A DNA stretch of 64,000 nucleotides from Tubiluchus corallicola (lineage: Eukaryota; Animalia; Priapulida), in contig JAQGDQ010000115.1 in NCBI GenBank assembly GCA_030141605.1, forward strand, positions 124,001 to 188,000. The letters are read 5' to 3'. The notes under the pieces are model-generated. The model did no database searches. It saw nothing but the letters and a program-made list of their open reading frames with translations, and was not told the origin of the DNA. Position numbers and translations under genes: made by a program. The number at the start of each line of letters is the position of its first letter. The stretch's first letter is position 1. Shown here one piece after another: positions 60,388-64,000 of this stretch.

Positions 60388-62088
60388 ATGGACAAGCAGG
60401 AGGTCAAGCAAGAAAAGTAAGTTATCAGTTGATGGATTTTCATTGCTGCAAACACACAGTAAACCAATATTATATAGGACCTACATTATGAACTTCTATT
60501 AGTTCATTAATAACTGTAGTACATGGCACTAGAGGTCAGTGCATTAGAACATTTTGTTTAATTTAGCACCTGAATGAATTGTTAGTGAAACAGTCAAACA
60601 AAATTTTAATAGGTGAAAATCTAGTCTGAATAATAAACAACACATCCAGCAATGTAAAAGTTTGATTTGTTGTGTATCTTTCCTTAACAAAAACAGCAAA
60701 GAAACAACACAAAAATGTAATATATTTCAAAATTATAAAGAAACTGAATGGCACAGGAAAAACTCATGGTGAAAATGGCTGAGGAAAAAATGGCACAAAT
60801 GGAAAAGTAGGTAAAAATGGCACAGGGAAACCATTTTTACCTGTGCCATTCTTTCTTGTGCCATTTTTTCTTGTACCATTCTTACAGTGCCATTTTTCCT
60901 GTGGCTTTTTTACCTGTGCTATTTTTACTGTGCACCAAAGTAAGTTTCCACATAAAATTTGACAACTAAAATTTAAATTCTATAGGTTTCACATGTCAAA
61001 TGTAGACCTATGTTAACTCAAATGCAGATTTAGGTAATTCAAATATGTCTTGGTAATTCAAATGTAGACTTAGGTAGTTCAAATGTGTTAACAATGATTT
61101 GTAACACATTCGAAATTCCTATGTCTACTTTTGACTTGCCTAAGTCACATTTGAGTTATTAAAACACAGAAATTCTTATATCTACATTTGACTTACCTAA
61201 GTCGCATTTGAACTTTCCTGTGTCTTCATTTGACGTGCAAAACCTATATTGGAACATTGTCTTTGTTTTAATCAGTTATTTTGCATTATTGTTATTGTTT
61301 TTTGCATTCTATTTTAAGTTCTAAGATTCACTCTATTCATTTTTTATTTAACTGATGTTGGACAGTGTGTTCGTTTTGAATAAGTTTACAATTCCTCACT
61401 CAGTTTAAGTACCCTCTACCCCTAATCCTAATATTAACCCTAATTTGGCCTTTGAAATATGTGTTATGTTTTCGTGTTGTTTAATTACAATTTTTGTTAA
61501 CTACTAAATTAAGATTCAAAGTTTTAGATGGTTGTGTTGTTTATTATTCAAACAAGATTTTCACCTCACAAAAGTTTATTTGGCTGTTTTACAATTCATC
61601 TAGGTAAAGATTTAATGTACTAACCTTTATTGCCACGTACTACTGTTACTACTGAACTAATATAAGTTCATAATGTAGTTTCACGTTTGTTAATCATTAA
61701 AGTAAAAATTTACTTTGCATTGTTTCACAATAATATGTAAATGCAACTCATCAATTTACACAGGTGTGCTTTACCAAATTAAAATGAAACTAGGTTTAAA
61801 ATTCTTGGAAAATTGCTAGACGAATGCCACCATTGTCTTTTTATTGTTGTTTGTGTTGTTTGTTGAAAAAGCCAGTTTTAATCACTGTCAAAAGCATTCT
61901 GTTTTGTAAAGTAATCTTAATTTTAATTTTAATTTCCTTCCTAACTGTATTATGTAGGTATGAATTAACAGAGATTATCAGGAAATTGAGTTTGAGTCGA
62001 CATCCTGTTGAAAATGGTTATTGGAAATTGGGTTACGATCCTTCTGCAAAATCGGATCCTGACACTGCCTCAAGTGGAAAATTTTCTA
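60388..62088 (+). CDS. DUF985/Cupin_5-like protein, first two coding exons; continues off the right edge
   Basis: Exon 60388-60416 (MDKQEVKQE-AA|gtaagt) joins exon 61958-62088 (tgtag|G YELTEIIRKLSLSRHPVENGYWKLGYDPSAKSDPDTASSGKFS A|gtatgt). IIRKL.L.RHP.E.GYW resembles the DUF985 N-terminal motif (I..L.L.PHPEGG.Y/F). A probable UTR exon lies at about 59202-59415. Confidence 0.6.
60750..60937. mobile_element. Foldback-type MITE (AAAAATGGCAC / GTGCCATTTTT subrepeats); related fragment at 21368-21446
   Basis: Inverted arrays of ~15-bp units ending in GCACC in both copies. Confidence 0.7.
60981..61248. mobile_element. Foldback-type MITE with ~20-bp subrepeats
   Basis: Ends TATAGGTTTCACATGTCAAATG and CATTTGACGTGCAAAACCTATA; internal TCAAATGTAGACTTAGGTA units are mirrored on the right arm. 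Confidence 0.8.
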
Positions 62089-64000
62089 GTATGTGGTACC
62101 GTGTGTTATTATCTTAATAAAGGGTTAGAAACGGGTTGGCGAACAAACCATAAGGTTATTTAGTCTAGCCACCTCTATAATTTGACTAATTATACATTAG
62201 TGACAGTGGTGAAAGGGCAAAAGAGTTAAAATAGGTAAAAAATATAAGTAAATTGAAGAAACAAAAAATACAAACAATTAAAGAACATAGGGAAAGGCAA
62301 TAGTATATATACAGTAATATACACAAGTTAGTATGAAATTATGAAATCACAATTATCATCTAGAATAACGAAGAATGAAAAATAGCTGCCAGGCTACATT
62401 AATTAAGAAGGTTTTATTGTTGTTTCTCAGGCTTCATTTTCAGGCCATGTGACACTTCTGTGTCTTCATTCAAGTTGTTTAAACTACATATGCTTGTTTG
62501 TTGGTATCATTTATAACAAAATTCCTAGCATGGTTTTAAATACATTGATCAAAATGTTAGCAGATTGTTTATTGTAATGTTGGTAAAAAATTATACATTT
62601 GGCAGAGGCCCTGGAAAAACATGCTAGACATTCTACACAGTTTTGTGTTTACAGCACATATTAAGTACTAACTGCTATCTTGCTGTTGAAAAATCTCCAG
62701 AAATAAAGAAATAGTAAATTGCCATTTGCCTTTGTTTTTTTAAAATAATCCTTCGTTAAAGTACAGTGCTATTGTGCAACATTCACTGTGATATGCAAAA
62801 ACTCGTCAAATTTTAAGTTTAAAATTCAAACTTCAAGTTTACCTCTGTGCTAACACATGACATCTCGAATGCGTGCACCACATCACAAGTGAACACCTCT
62901 GTATAGTGCCTGTTTTCTTATGCAGTGCATTTCCAAGATTACCGTTTCCGAGATTTCTGCTAAACTACGTTTCTTTGGTAATAATTCTTTCACATAAACC
63001 ATTTTTGAAGAAATAGTGTGTCCCTTTCAATATTTTATATGGTAGATTGTTTTGAGCTATGCTTTAAGATGAGGTCCTGGAAGGCTGGGAAGGTTCTTTG
63101 TATTTGAACATATATGCAACACTGTGAAAAATTGTGTTTGGTACTACTTTAAAACATAAGTCGCCACCCTGACTCCCCGATTTTCTGAAAATTAAATCTT
63201 TGTTTCAAATTTCTTTGTATTTGATCAATTTTGCTGCCTAGGGCTCCCAGTCAATACATGCAGCACAGCGTAAACTAATATTTTCTTTAAAATTTCAGCT
63301 ATCTACTATCTACTTGAAAAAGGTGACTTTTGTCCTTGGCATAGAATGAAGACTTCCCATGAGCTTTGGACTCATCATAAGGGTGGCACTATGATGGTAA
63401 GCCTTGTAATTGATCTGGCTACATACAAAATGTACAGCAAATTGTACTGCTTCAAACTGATTGTGTGATCATATATATCAGTCACATATGCTACTTGGTC
63501 CTCTGGGTGCATTGTGGCATTGTTTAAGTTAGCATATACGAGTACACGAGTACTGATTCCAGTTTGTTTGTTTGTGGGCGTGTCCTTTTACGTACACAAT
63601 AGCTTCTTGAAAATTCAATTTTTCCCTCTGGCTTCTTTTGTGTAATTTTTCGACCGGAAAGTTGTTTCACTTGGTCATGAAAAAGACGAATTATATTTCT
63701 CTGCACATATATTTATATTATCATCTTTCTCCGCAATTATACCCCTTATCTTGAGTGCGGCCATTGGCCATTATTTCTTACTTGGAGCATTTGGAAGTCC
63801 CGAGCGAGACCCTTGTGAGTCTCAATTTAATTCGACTTACTATATGTAATTGCCTGCTAGGGTGGGGAAGGTCTGTGGTCAGTTTGACCTTACACCATGA
63901 CTTGTAAACAAAATGTCTCCCTGAGAGCTTTTGACTGAATGGTTGAAGAAATTGTATGTTTGTCTGCTCAGACTTGTATCCCTCTGTAAGACAAACATTG

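Noticed and set aside
61411-61443. CCCTAA-like telomeric motifs
   Set aside because: Only three degenerate units; too short to support an interstitial telomere.
62431-62520. Candidate third exon of the DUF985-like gene
   Set aside because: Acceptor is plausible, but the translation lacks cupin motifs and hits a stop; the true exon is probably outside the window.

Overview
AT-rich, repeat-laden genomic DNA from an invertebrate-like animal (spliceosomal GT-AG introns, long microsatellites, many MITEs and LINE relics); nothing prokaryotic and no CRISPR array. Gene models were assembled by hand from splice phases. (1) First two exons of a CLCA-family gene (minus strand, runs off the left edge). 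(2) An intronless WDR75/UTP17 ORF. (3) A 7-exon GT8 glucoside-xylosyltransferase (GXYLT-like) gene with two tandem-duplicated 5' splice donors and divergent active-site-proximal motifs. (4) An isolated CLCA-like terminal exon with a TM helix, stop and polyA signal but no partner exons in the window. (5) A small secreted PAN/apple-like protein gene immediately upstream of that exon. (6) A complete 7-exon CYP2-clan P450 plus a truncated duplicate of its exon 2. (7) The first coding exons of a DUF985/Cupin_5-like gene running off the right edge. Mobile DNA includes hAT and PIF/Harbinger non-autonomous elements with TSDs, a non-autonomous Helitron, foldback-type MITEs, and RTE and CR1/L2-type LINE fragments. 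I found no unambiguous new multi-gene system. The best leads are the orphan CLCA tail next to the PAN gene, the animal DUF985 cupin, the duplicated-donor GXYLT and the intronless WDR75. Family assignments come from recalled motifs, not database searches.
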